NCBI GenBank assembly: GCA_965208905.1
Contig: OZ242365.1
Span: 1,327,902-1,359,901, forward strand
Source of the DNA: Nitrosopumilaceae archaeon
GTDB taxonomy: Archaea; Thermoproteota; Nitrososphaeria; Nitrososphaerales; Nitrosopumilaceae
Direction of reading: 5' to 3'
DNA: 32,000 nt
A program made the translations under genes and the position numbers. The notes under the pieces are model-generated. The model worked only from the letters and a program-made list of their open reading frames with translations, searched no databases and was not told the origin of the DNA. Shown here piece after piece: positions 24,766 to 32,000 of the stretch (position 1 is its first letter; every line of letters begins with the position of its first letter).

Positions 24766-26040
24766 TTGTTGAATCTTGTAGAGAAGATACTGGCCCGGGC
24801 ATCAAAGCGGGATAGTGTATCACCCGGCGATGTGATATTTGCCGATGTGGACAAGGCCATGCTGCATGATGTCTCTGGCCCTGGCGTTATCAAGGTGTTT
24901 GAAAAGCTAAAAAAAAAGGGAATAAAGACCGACAAACTCTGGAACCCCTCAAAAGTCTGGGTGGCTGAAGACCACTTTGTTCCATCTGCAGAGAAGATAT
25001 CTGCGCAAAATATAGTGAAATTATCAAAGTTCACAAAATCATATGGAATCCAACGTCACTACAAGTATGGCATGGGTCAGTATGGCATATGCCACTCTCT
25101 GTCTCATGAGGAAGCACTGGTACTTCCAGGCGAGGTATATGTTGGTGGCGACTCTCACACAAACACCACCGGCGCATTGGGAGCCTTTGCCTGCGGATTG
25201 GGTCATACAGACATGGCATATGTACTGTTACATGGTCGTATATGGTTCCGCGTACCCGAGACCATACTGTTCAAGATAAGTGGTAGCCTACCAAAGAGTG
25301 TGAGCGCCAAGGATGTAATACTGCGCATTATAGGCGATATTGGTACTGACGGTGGCGCATATCGTACAATGCAGTTTGCTGGAGATACAGTATCTAACAT
25401 GTCTGTTGAGGATAGATTGACACTGTGCAACATGACCACCGAAGCCGGAGCAAAAAACGGCATTGTCTCAGCAGACAACAAGACGATACAATACTTGACC
25501 GAGAGAGGAGCCTCATCAATATCTCCAATATATCAAGATGATGATGCAGAGTACTCAGATGTATATGAGTATGATGCAGAGTCTCTTGTACCCGTGGTTG
25601 CAGAACCTTATTCTCCTGAAAATGTAACTCCTGTATCCGAGGCGCCTACAGAAGATTTGGACAAAGCATACATTGGGTCTTGCACAGGTGCCAAATACGA
25701 AGATCTGGTGGCCGCCACCCGCATACTCAAAGGTCGAAAGGTAAAGATTCGCACCGAAGTGTTACCTGCTACAATATCGATATATAGACGTGCTGTAGAG
25801 GGCGGTCTTGTATCTACACTGATGGAGTCTGGCGCCATGGTTGGCCCCCCCACATGTGGTGCATGTTGTGGAGCTCACATGGGTGTACTGGCGGATAAAG
25901 AGGTGTGCATAAGTACTACAAATCGTAACTTCCCTGGTAGGATGGGTCATGTAACGTCACGAACGTATCTGGCCTCACCTGCAGTGGCCGCAGCCTCGGC
26001 AGTGACTGGCCGTATAACTCATCCGGAGGATTTGGATTGA
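24766..26040 (+). CDS. aconitase-family dehydratase large subunit, archaeal type (3-isopropylmalate / homoaconitate dehydratase)
   Basis: NLVEKILA...MLHDVSGP N-terminus. Fe-S ligand contexts are GSCTGAKY and CGACCG. NRNFPGRMG is present. The start is TTG. Confidence 0.9.
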   Translation: MLNLVEKILARASKRDSVSPGDVIFADVDKAMLHDVSGPGVIKVFEKLKKKGIKTDKLWNPSKVWVAEDHFVPSAEKISAQNIVKLSKFTKSYGIQRHYKYGMGQYGICHSLSHEEALVLPGEVYVGGDSHTNTTGALGAFACGLGHTDMAYVLLHGRIWFRVPETILFKISGSLPKSVSAKDVILRIIGDIGTDGGAYRTMQFAGDTVSNMSVEDRLTLCNMTTEAGAKNGIVSADNKTIQYLTERGASSISPIYQDDDAEYSDVYEYDAESLVPVVAEPYSPENVTPVSEAPTEDLDKAYIGSCTGAKYEDLVAATRILKGRKVKIRTEVLPATISIYRRAVEGGLVSTLMESGAMVGPPTCGACCGAHMGVLADKEVCISTTNRNFPGRMGHVTSRTYLASPAVAAASAVTGRITHPEDLD

Positions 26041-26516
26041 GTGGCAAAGTAGTAAAGTATGATCAAGACAATATAGACACCGATGTTATAATCCCTGGTC
26101 AATACCTAAAGATACACGACTATGCGGAGCTGGCCACACATGCAATGGAGGGACTAGACGAGTCCTTTCACTCTAAAAAGGGGACGTATATAGTTGCAGG
26201 TAGGAATTTTGGCTGCGGCTCATCGCGAGAACATGCGCCCATTGCACTATCTGAATCCGGCATAAAAGCAGTCTTAGCACTATCTTTTGCGCGCATATTT
26301 TATAGAAACTCAGTGGATGGAGCATTTCTCCTACCTATAGAGATTGACCAACATACATACAATGAGATATCTGATGGTGATGATATACAAGTCGACATAA
26401 CATCAAACAAGGTAATGAATAATACCACCAAAAAGACATATTCAATAAAACCATTTCCAGATATTATACGAGATATAATAGATGCTGGAGGCTTGTTTGG
26501 GTATGTCCCAAAATAG
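26037..26516 (+). CDS. aconitase-family dehydratase small subunit, archaeal type
   Basis: [13 protein letters not shown] and [14 protein letters not shown]. The TTG start overlaps the upstream stop (TTGA). GGAGGA lies 6 nt upstream. Confidence 0.9.
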   Translation: MSGKVVKYDQDNIDTDVIIPGQYLKIHDYAELATHAMEGLDESFHSKKGTYIVAGRNFGCGSSREHAPIALSESGIKAVLALSFARIFYRNSVDGAFLLPIEIDQHTYNEISDGDDIQVDITSNKVMNNTTKKTYSIKPFPDIIRDIIDAGGLFGYVPK

Positions 26517-26517
26517 T

Positions 26518-27924
26518 ATGGCACGTACACTGTTTGAGAAGGTTTGGGATGCACACCAGATAATACCAAAGAGTACTGGTCCATCTTTGATATATATCGA
26601 CAGGCACCTCATACACGAAGTTACATCCCCTCAGGCATTTGATGGACTCAGACTTGCATCTAGACGGGTGCGCCGGCCTGACCTGACCGTGGCCACAGTA
26701 GATCATAACATACCTACAGGCAGACGCGGCCTACCGATACTGGATCAGACCTCATCAGTACAGATAAACACTCTGGAGTCAAACTGCAAAGAATTTGGAA
26801 TAAAACTGTACGGCATGGATAGTCCACAACAGGGTATAGTGCATGTTATTGGCCCTCAACTAGGCATCACACTGCCGGGTAGTACTATTGTATGTGGCGA
26901 CTCACACACATCAACCCATGGAGCCTTTGGTGCATTTGCTCTGGGGATTGGTACGAGTGAGGTGGAGCATGTCTTAGCTACACAGACACTCTGGGTGGTA
27001 AAACCCCGAACATACAAGATTGTAATGAGCGGCCAAACAAGACGTGGTGTTACATCCAAGGATTTGATACTATACATGATACGACATCTGGGTACTGGCG
27101 GTGGCGCCGGCTCTGTCTTTGAGTATATGGGTGATGCCATACGTGGCATGAATATGGAGCAGCGTATGACCATATGCAACATGTCAATAGAGGGAGGAGC
27201 GCGGGCCGGTATGATTGCGCCCGATGACACAACGTATGATTATCTGCGCAATCGCCTTCATACACCACCTAATTTTGAACATATGGTGGATAGATGGAAG
27301 GAGACACTATACACTGATAATGATGCCAAGTTTGATAGATCATTTACCATAAATACGGATAGCGTATCTCCCCAGATATCTTGGGGGACCAACCCCGGCA
27401 TGACATGTGATATAACCGATACCGTTCCAGACCCCATAAACTACTCTGGTGGCGACATAAATCTGGAGCGGGGGGCTCGTCGAGCCTTACAATACATGAA
27501 CCTTGAGCCTGGAACCCCGATGACCGACATCAAGGTGGATAGAGTCTTTATCGGATCATGTACTAATGCCCGTCTACACGATCTTGTGGAAGCATCGGAT
27601 ATCATTCAAGGTGGCCATGTGGCAGAAGGCGTACGCGCCATGGTGGTACCCGGCTCCCAAATGGTCAAAGCGCAGGCAGAAGAGATGGGAATCCATGACA
27701 TATTCATAAATGCCGGCTTTGAATGGCGTAACTCTGGCTGTAGCATGTGTCTAGGCATGAACCCTGACATTCTAGAGCCTGGCCAACGATGTGCTAGTAC
27801 CTCGAACCGTAACTTTGAGGGCAGACAAGGTAGTGGTGGACGTACACACTTGGTAAGCCCGGCCATGGCGGCAGCTGCTGCAATACACGGCAAATTCGTC
27901 GATATACGGGAGTTGATACAATGA
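26518..27924 (+). CDS. leuC: 3-isopropylmalate dehydratase large subunit, bacterial type
   Basis: [13 protein letters not shown]...[34 protein letters not shown] and CSMCLGMN. In-frame ATGs at 26482 and 26503 are alternative starts. Confidence 0.9.
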   Translation: MARTLFEKVWDAHQIIPKSTGPSLIYIDRHLIHEVTSPQAFDGLRLASRRVRRPDLTVATVDHNIPTGRRGLPILDQTSSVQINTLESNCKEFGIKLYGMDSPQQGIVHVIGPQLGITLPGSTIVCGDSHTSTHGAFGAFALGIGTSEVEHVLATQTLWVVKPRTYKIVMSGQTRRGVTSKDLILYMIRHLGTGGGAGSVFEYMGDAIRGMNMEQRMTICNMSIEGGARAGMIAPDDTTYDYLRNRLHTPPNFEHMVDRWKETLYTDNDAKFDRSFTINTDSVSPQISWGTNPGMTCDITDTVPDPINYSGGDINLERGARRALQYMNLEPGTPMTDIKVDRVFIGSCTNARLHDLVEASDIIQGGHVAEGVRAMVVPGSQMVKAQAEEMGIHDIFINAGFEWRNSGCSMCLGMNPDILEPGQRCASTSNRNFEGRQGSGGRTHLVSPAMAAAAAIHGKFVDIRELIQ

Positions 27925-28481
27925 AGCCCTTTGATAATGTCACATCACGCATAACGCCGCTTCCTGACCACAATGTAGATACCGACCAAATAATACCAAA
28001 ACAGTTCCTAAAACTGGTCACCAGAACAGGTTTTGGCAAGTATCTGTTCTTTGATCGTAGAAGTTCTGACTTTGTCCTAGACGATCCAAGATACAAAGGT
28101 TCCAAAATTTTAGTAGCCGGGGATAACTTTGGTTGTGGCTCATCCCGGGAACATGCAGTATGGGCGCTTCAGGACTTTGGCTTTGATGTTGTAATATCTA
28201 CATCGTTTGCGGACATATTTTATAGCAACTGCATAAAAAACGGCGTTCTTCCCATATGCATACCTGATACACAGACACTGTTATCCGAAAAGAATAGCAT
28301 CACTGTAGATCTCCAAAGACAGACTATACAGCATACATCTGGTACAATCCATTTTGAAATTGATCCGCATCACAAGGTGACACTCTTGGAGGGCCTAGAT
28401 GACATATCACGTACACTTCAATATGACGATATGATCACTCTGTTTGAGAAGGACTCGCCGACTCCATCTGTTGTATTATAG
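27921..28481 (+). CDS. leuD: 3-isopropylmalate dehydratase small subunit, bacterial type
   Basis: [12 protein letters not shown] and [21 protein letters not shown] start/stop overlap with leuC. Confidence 0.9.
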   Translation: MKPFDNVTSRITPLPDHNVDTDQIIPKQFLKLVTRTGFGKYLFFDRRSSDFVLDDPRYKGSKILVAGDNFGCGSSREHAVWALQDFGFDVVISTSFADIFYSNCIKNGVLPICIPDTQTLLSEKNSITVDLQRQTIQHTSGTIHFEIDPHHKVTLLEGLDDISRTLQYDDMITLFEKDSPTPSVVL

Positions 28482-29163
28482 TCTGTATTGTGTCATGGTG
28501 TCTATCCAGTATTATGGGAGACTCTATGTCCACCCATGGTGTACTACCTATGTCATAAGACACTATGGTGTCTGTTTTAGAGAGTTCCTCTAGTATGTCA
28601 TATGACAGATTGACATGGCCCTTCTTCTCTCTTATTGCCTGCATGACATTATCTCCGAGCATGTATATTCCCAGACACTCCTGGTGTGGCAATCGCAATA
28701 CTGGCTTTTCTCGGAACTCTTGTATTATACTCTCTTCAGTTACAGTGGCAAAGCCGGTCTCTTCTTGTCGATAAGATCGTGTAGCTATACAGGCAGATGC
28801 AGACTTTGCCTTGTACAGCTCTGCCATGGATGGTATATTTAATGCGCACAGATTATCCGAGAACCACAGTATAAAGTCGCCTTCCACATCTACACATCGT
28901 AGGTCCCCCCCCGTACCATCACTGCCATCCTGAACAAATGTTATGGGTTTGTCACTGTGCTTGTAGTAGTTTTGAATCTGTGCACCCATGTTGGCTAAAT
29001 CTGTTATTATGATGATGTCTGATATGGCATCAAAGGATTCCAGATAGTCTGTTATGTATTGTATGATGGGTTTGCCGTTTATGGGCATCATGGTCTTTGG
29101 AAAGTATTCGGTAAAAGGACGGGCTCGTTTGCCCTGCCCACCTGCCATGATGACTGCCTTCAT
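28435..29163 (-). CDS. sugar-phosphate nucleotidyltransferase (NTP_transferase family)
   Basis: MKAVIMAGGQGKRARPFTEYFPKTMMPINGKPII is the G-x-G-t-R-l signature region. Its start overlaps the S9 stop by 4 nt. Confidence 0.85.
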   Translation of the reverse strand: MKAVIMAGGQGKRARPFTEYFPKTMMPINGKPIIQYITDYLESFDAISDIIIITDLANMGAQIQNYYKHSDKPITFVQDGSDGTGGDLRCVDVEGDFILWFSDNLCALNIPSMAELYKAKSASACIATRSYRQEETGFATVTEESIIQEFREKPVLRLPHQECLGIYMLGDNVMQAIREKKGHVNLSYDILEELSKTDTIVSYDIGSTPWVDIESPIILDRHHDTIQTIIQQMESASPSQTE

Positions 29164-29606
29164 CGGTATGACTTTTGTTTTCGGCGCCGTGCACCAGGCC
29201 CACCAAACTTTTTGGGCTCTTTGCGTCGGGCATCTCCGCTTATCAGATACTTGTCATAGTCGGTCAATCTCTTTCGCAGATCGTCTCGTACAGGTTTTTG
29301 TAGAGGATGATCCTTTGGCTCCTTACGTGACTTTGTCCAACCCACTAAGGCTCGGGATATGGCAATGGATGCGGCTCCTGCCTGACCCATATATCCTCCC
29401 CCTCTGACTCTTACTGAGATGTCCACCTTGTCGCGAACGTCTCCCACCACCTCTAGTGGCGCCAACATGGTCTCACGCGCTACCTCTTGCGGTATAATCT
29501 CTATGGGTATGTTGTTTATTCGAACACTACCATGACCTTTCTGTATGTGTACAAAAGCCCTTGCGGTCTTTCGTGTGGCAAAGTAAATTTCAGTCTTGAT
29601 GGTCAT
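29160..29606 (-). CDS. rps9: 30S ribosomal protein S9 (uS9)
   Basis: GGGYMGQAGA core and the characteristic C-terminus ...RRRKQKSYR. Confidence 0.95.
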   Translation of the reverse strand: MTIKTEIYFATRKTARAFVHIQKGHGSVRINNIPIEIIPQEVARETMLAPLEVVGDVRDKVDISVRVRGGGYMGQAGAASIAISRALVGWTKSRKEPKDHPLQKPVRDDLRKRLTDYDKYLISGDARRKEPKKFGGPGARRRKQKSYR

Positions 29607-30067
29607 TCAGTCCACCCTATAGTCCTGCCTAAATCTGCCATTGTTGTATAGTTTGGTGCATCTCGGGTTATGTATGCCTTTTGTATTGTAATCTTTTTGA
29701 GCGACTTTACATCCTTGGGAGCTCCTATATAGGTACGCAACCGTTTGTGGGCTGCACGGCCAGAGGGCTTTTTGCGTGGAAGCATGCCGCGAATCATTCT
29801 CTTCATTATGGTGTCCGGTCGCCGGGGGTGGAATGGTCCGTGCTTGGGGTTTAGTATACTGGATATCTCTAGAAAGTCTCTATACTCTTTTATGATGTTT
29901 GAGCGGGTGCCACTAATCATTATCTTTTCACAGTTTATCAGAGTTACATGATTGCCATTTAGCAACATCTTTGCCGCGTGCGATGCCAGCCTGCCGGCTA
30001 TATGATTTGTAGAGTCTATGACTATGTGTTCGCTGGTGCCTTTCGGCTCTACTGCTTTGTCATCCAA
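29603..30067 (-). CDS. rpl13: 50S ribosomal protein L13 (uL13)
   Basis: VIDSTNHIAGRLASHAAKMLLNG..V.LINCEKI is the uL13 N-terminal pattern. It sits in the conserved operon position. Confidence 0.95.
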   Translation of the reverse strand: MDDKAVEPKGTSEHIVIDSTNHIAGRLASHAAKMLLNGNHVTLINCEKIMISGTRSNIIKEYRDFLEISSILNPKHGPFHPRRPDTIMKRMIRGMLPRKKPSGRAAHKRLRTYIGAPKDVKSLKKITIQKAYITRDAPNYTTMADLGRTIGWTE

Positions 30068-30407
30068 GAAGAATCACTCCGGTACCTGTTGGTCTTTCGT
30101 TGGTCAGTGTCTTATAATCTAATATACGGCCACCAGCATTTGTGACCTTTGATACGGCAGTCTTAGATATGTCAAAGCAGAACAGCGATATGTTGTGTGT
30201 TATGTCTCCGGTACCCAACACCTTACCTGGAAATATCACAACATCGCCATCTTTAGTCAACTTTTCAATACCATTAACATTTATGACTCTCTTGGAGATT
30301 GCAGTCTTTAGTGCAAACTCTGAAACCCTCTTCCAGATGGGCGCCTTGTGCGTTACAGACATTCGTCTCAAATCTCGAGCCATGCGCACAATATGCTCAT
30401 TTACCAT
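30060..30407 (-). CDS. rpl18e: 50S ribosomal protein L18e (eL18)
   Basis: 115 aa with the PIWKRV...V.VNG..L...GD.V..PGKVLG pattern. It lies between rpoD and L13, as in archaeal operons. Confidence 0.9.
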   Translation of the reverse strand: MVNEHIVRMARDLRRMSVTHKAPIWKRVSEFALKTAISKRVINVNGIEKLTKDGDVVIFPGKVLGTGDITHNISLFCFDISKTAVSKVTNAGGRILDYKTLTNERPTGTGVILLG

Positions 30408-30434
30408 GTCGTCATTGTCCCTAAAGTGCCCATA

Positions 30435-31055
30435 TTAATCTATGACTTGTTTGAACTCTTCTAGCCTGCCCGATAACTCTTGCATACCAGCCATTATGAT
30501 ATCTGCAGGATCTCGAGATCCCGTAGTCTCTACCTTTAATTCAAACCCATCCTCTTCTGTGCCGGTCAATACGGAGATGTTTGCCGAGTTCCACTTTGCA
30601 TGTTCGGACCCACGTCCTAATTTAGCATGACATTCCATGACTACTTTTTGCATGGGGGCCAATGTGGCTATTGGAATGTCATCGTTTACCGGCCTCACCT
30701 CCGGGTCCTCAGAGGAGAGTCGTGCTGTTGTTACATCTGTAGTTTGATCAGTCTTACCCGAGTCTAGTACCAGCATGACAGTACTGTTGGAACCCTCATC
30801 CTCCCCTTGATAGTCGCGCTGATCAGACATGTACTTCCCTGATGGTGTTGTGAGTGGCACCAATGCCAAGCGATGCGCCAGATACTCGTCGGCAAATACG
30901 GTGGTGTTCTCTATTACATCTACTGTCTCTATGGCAAATGTGGGTACACCGTTTAGACATATTCGTCGGAGGGCATTGGCGTATTGTATGGGAAACCCAT
31001 TCATCTTTATGGTTATACTGGTATCACTTCTGTCTATTACCTCAACTGAATACAA
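30435..31055 (-). CDS. rpoD: DNA-directed RNA polymerase subunit D (Rpo3)
   Basis: ANALRRICLNGVPTFAIETVDVIENTTVFADEYLAHRLALVPL is the subunit D/RPB3 dimerisation-domain signature. Confidence 0.9.
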   Translation of the reverse strand: MYSVEVIDRSDTSITIKMNGFPIQYANALRRICLNGVPTFAIETVDVIENTTVFADEYLAHRLALVPLTTPSGKYMSDQRDYQGEDEGSNSTVMLVLDSGKTDQTTDVTTARLSSEDPEVRPVNDDIPIATLAPMQKVVMECHAKLGRGSEHAKWNSANISVLTGTEEDGFELKVETTGSRDPADIIMAGMQELSGRLEEFKQVID

Positions 31056-31188
31056 TCTAGTCTGTCAACTAATTTTACAAATATGAATGTAACTTTTTAC
31101 AGACACGTATGTATTTGCCCCTACCTCGCAACTGTATGCGGCCCACACAAGCTGGCAATAAACGGAATTGTAACATCTATGTAACCGG

Positions 31189-31217
31189 AGCTGGGGCGTA
31201 ACACGCGTAACCCAGCT
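31189..31217. other. hairpin-forming inverted repeat in the region upstream of rpoD
   Basis: AGCTGGG-(15 nt)-CCCAGCT. Function unknown. Confidence 0.2.
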
Positions 31218-31316
31218 GGCCTGTGTAGATGTGACAATTCTATGAGCGGGAAGAGGTTATCAAGATTATCGAAGGTTATTCGTCCACTTGGTGTGTATCC
31301 AACCCAATTCTATCTT

Positions 31317-31796
31317 CTAGGGCCAGTAACACCTGTGAATCAAACTGATAGAGCCTTCGCCATCGGGCCACTCATCGTATTCAATGCTATAATGACATCT
31401 GTTGAACTTCTTACTGAACTCGAAGTCGGTCGGGTCAACCCGGTGTAAAGTCTCACCATCCCCAACCATTCTAGGTATCTCCACACCACACTCCGCGACA
31501 AGAGTAGTGTTTGTAAACGTCAAACGATTACCCTCTTTGGTGACAGTTATGAGGCAATCATTTTGGCTGGTAGCATAGAGCGCTACACTTCCTAGGCTTT
31601 CTGTAATCGCTACACTCCACTCCTCAGGAATGCCTTCCAAGTCATGTGGCTGGTTATTGGTTGGCGGCACCCACCACCAACTCGGCACCACCATGTCAAA
31701 GATAAATCCTCCTACGATCACCAGCAGTCCGATGGTGGCATACTTATAGGTGTTGCGGGTCATGGTAGCTCCAACGTAGTGCACCGTTATAAGCAT
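31317..31796 (-). CDS. hypothetical membrane-anchored/secreted protein
   Basis: N-terminal hydrophobic segment YATIGLLVIVGGFIFDMVV. The likely start is the internal Met (MTRNTYKY). No family recognised. Confidence 0.5.
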   Translation of the reverse strand: MLITVHYVGATMTRNTYKYATIGLLVIVGGFIFDMVVPSWWWVPPTNNQPHDLEGIPEEWSVAITESLGSVALYATSQNDCLITVTKEGNRLTFTNTTLVAECGVEIPRMVGDGETLHRVDPTDFEFSKKFNRCHYSIEYDEWPDGEGSISLIHRCYWP

Positions 31797-31917
31797 TAAG
31801 ATGATTCTGCCAGTCTGACTATGCGTGTTACACCACGATCAGATTACGTGGATGTTACAACTCCACAGAATAGATAGATATCTAAGGTCGGTGTTTGCAT
31901 GTAACTGGTGAAGTGTA

Positions 31918-32000
31918 ATGTATGAAGACCGAATATTACGTCTATTAGAACAAAACCCAACAGCCTTATACACAGAGGAAGATATCCAATTAACACTCAT
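31918..32000 (+). CDS. 3'-partial ORF, possibly a winged-helix regulator N-terminus
   Basis: MYEDRILRLLEQNPTALYTEEDIQLTL... runs off the window. The pattern resembles ArsR/TrmB-type HTH starts. Confidence 0.3.
   Translation, partial: MYEDRILRLLEQNPTALYTEEDIQLTL

Overview
Archaeal chromosomal window. Archaea-specific markers are ribosomal protein L18e, RNA polymerase subunit D, Cdc48 and CofE. The copper-protein content and apparently leaderless promoters suggest a Nitrososphaeria/Thaumarchaeota-like host, but that is inference only. The right part (about 23.5-31.1 kb) is housekeeping: an RNase H-like gene, cofE, two tandem aconitase-family dehydratase pairs (archaeal-type plus bacterial-type leuCD), a sugar-nucleotidyltransferase and the rpoD-L18e-L13-S9 cluster. 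The left and middle parts are an IS-riddled accessory patchwork. (1) An intact IS630-family element (512-1621, 27-bp TIRs, TA duplication) sits inside codon 6 of a secreted trypsin-like protease gene. (2) A class II Fic gene lies next to degraded transposase debris. (3) An hsp20-cdc48 pair has nested palindromes in the hsp20 promoter. (4) A five-fold tandem Cache-like repeat gene is 5'-truncated by (5). (5) An IS6-family element (9791-13743) is bounded by 50-bp inverted repeats whose tips resemble the IS26 IR. It carries a complete type II R-M module (NotI-like endonuclease, SPPY beta-class methyltransferase, small AbrB-like ORF) and has a 351-bp tandem duplication of its right end. (6) A solitary TnpB gene is bounded by 23-bp terminal inverted repeats and a perfect 8-bp target-site duplication, which is not the IS200/IS605 architecture. 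(7) A 1119-aa secreted fusion joins a two-domain multicopper oxidase, an amicyanin-like cupredoxin and a YVTN beta-propeller, preceded by a 13-bp periodic CACTAG repeat array. No rRNA, tRNA or CRISPR array was recognised.
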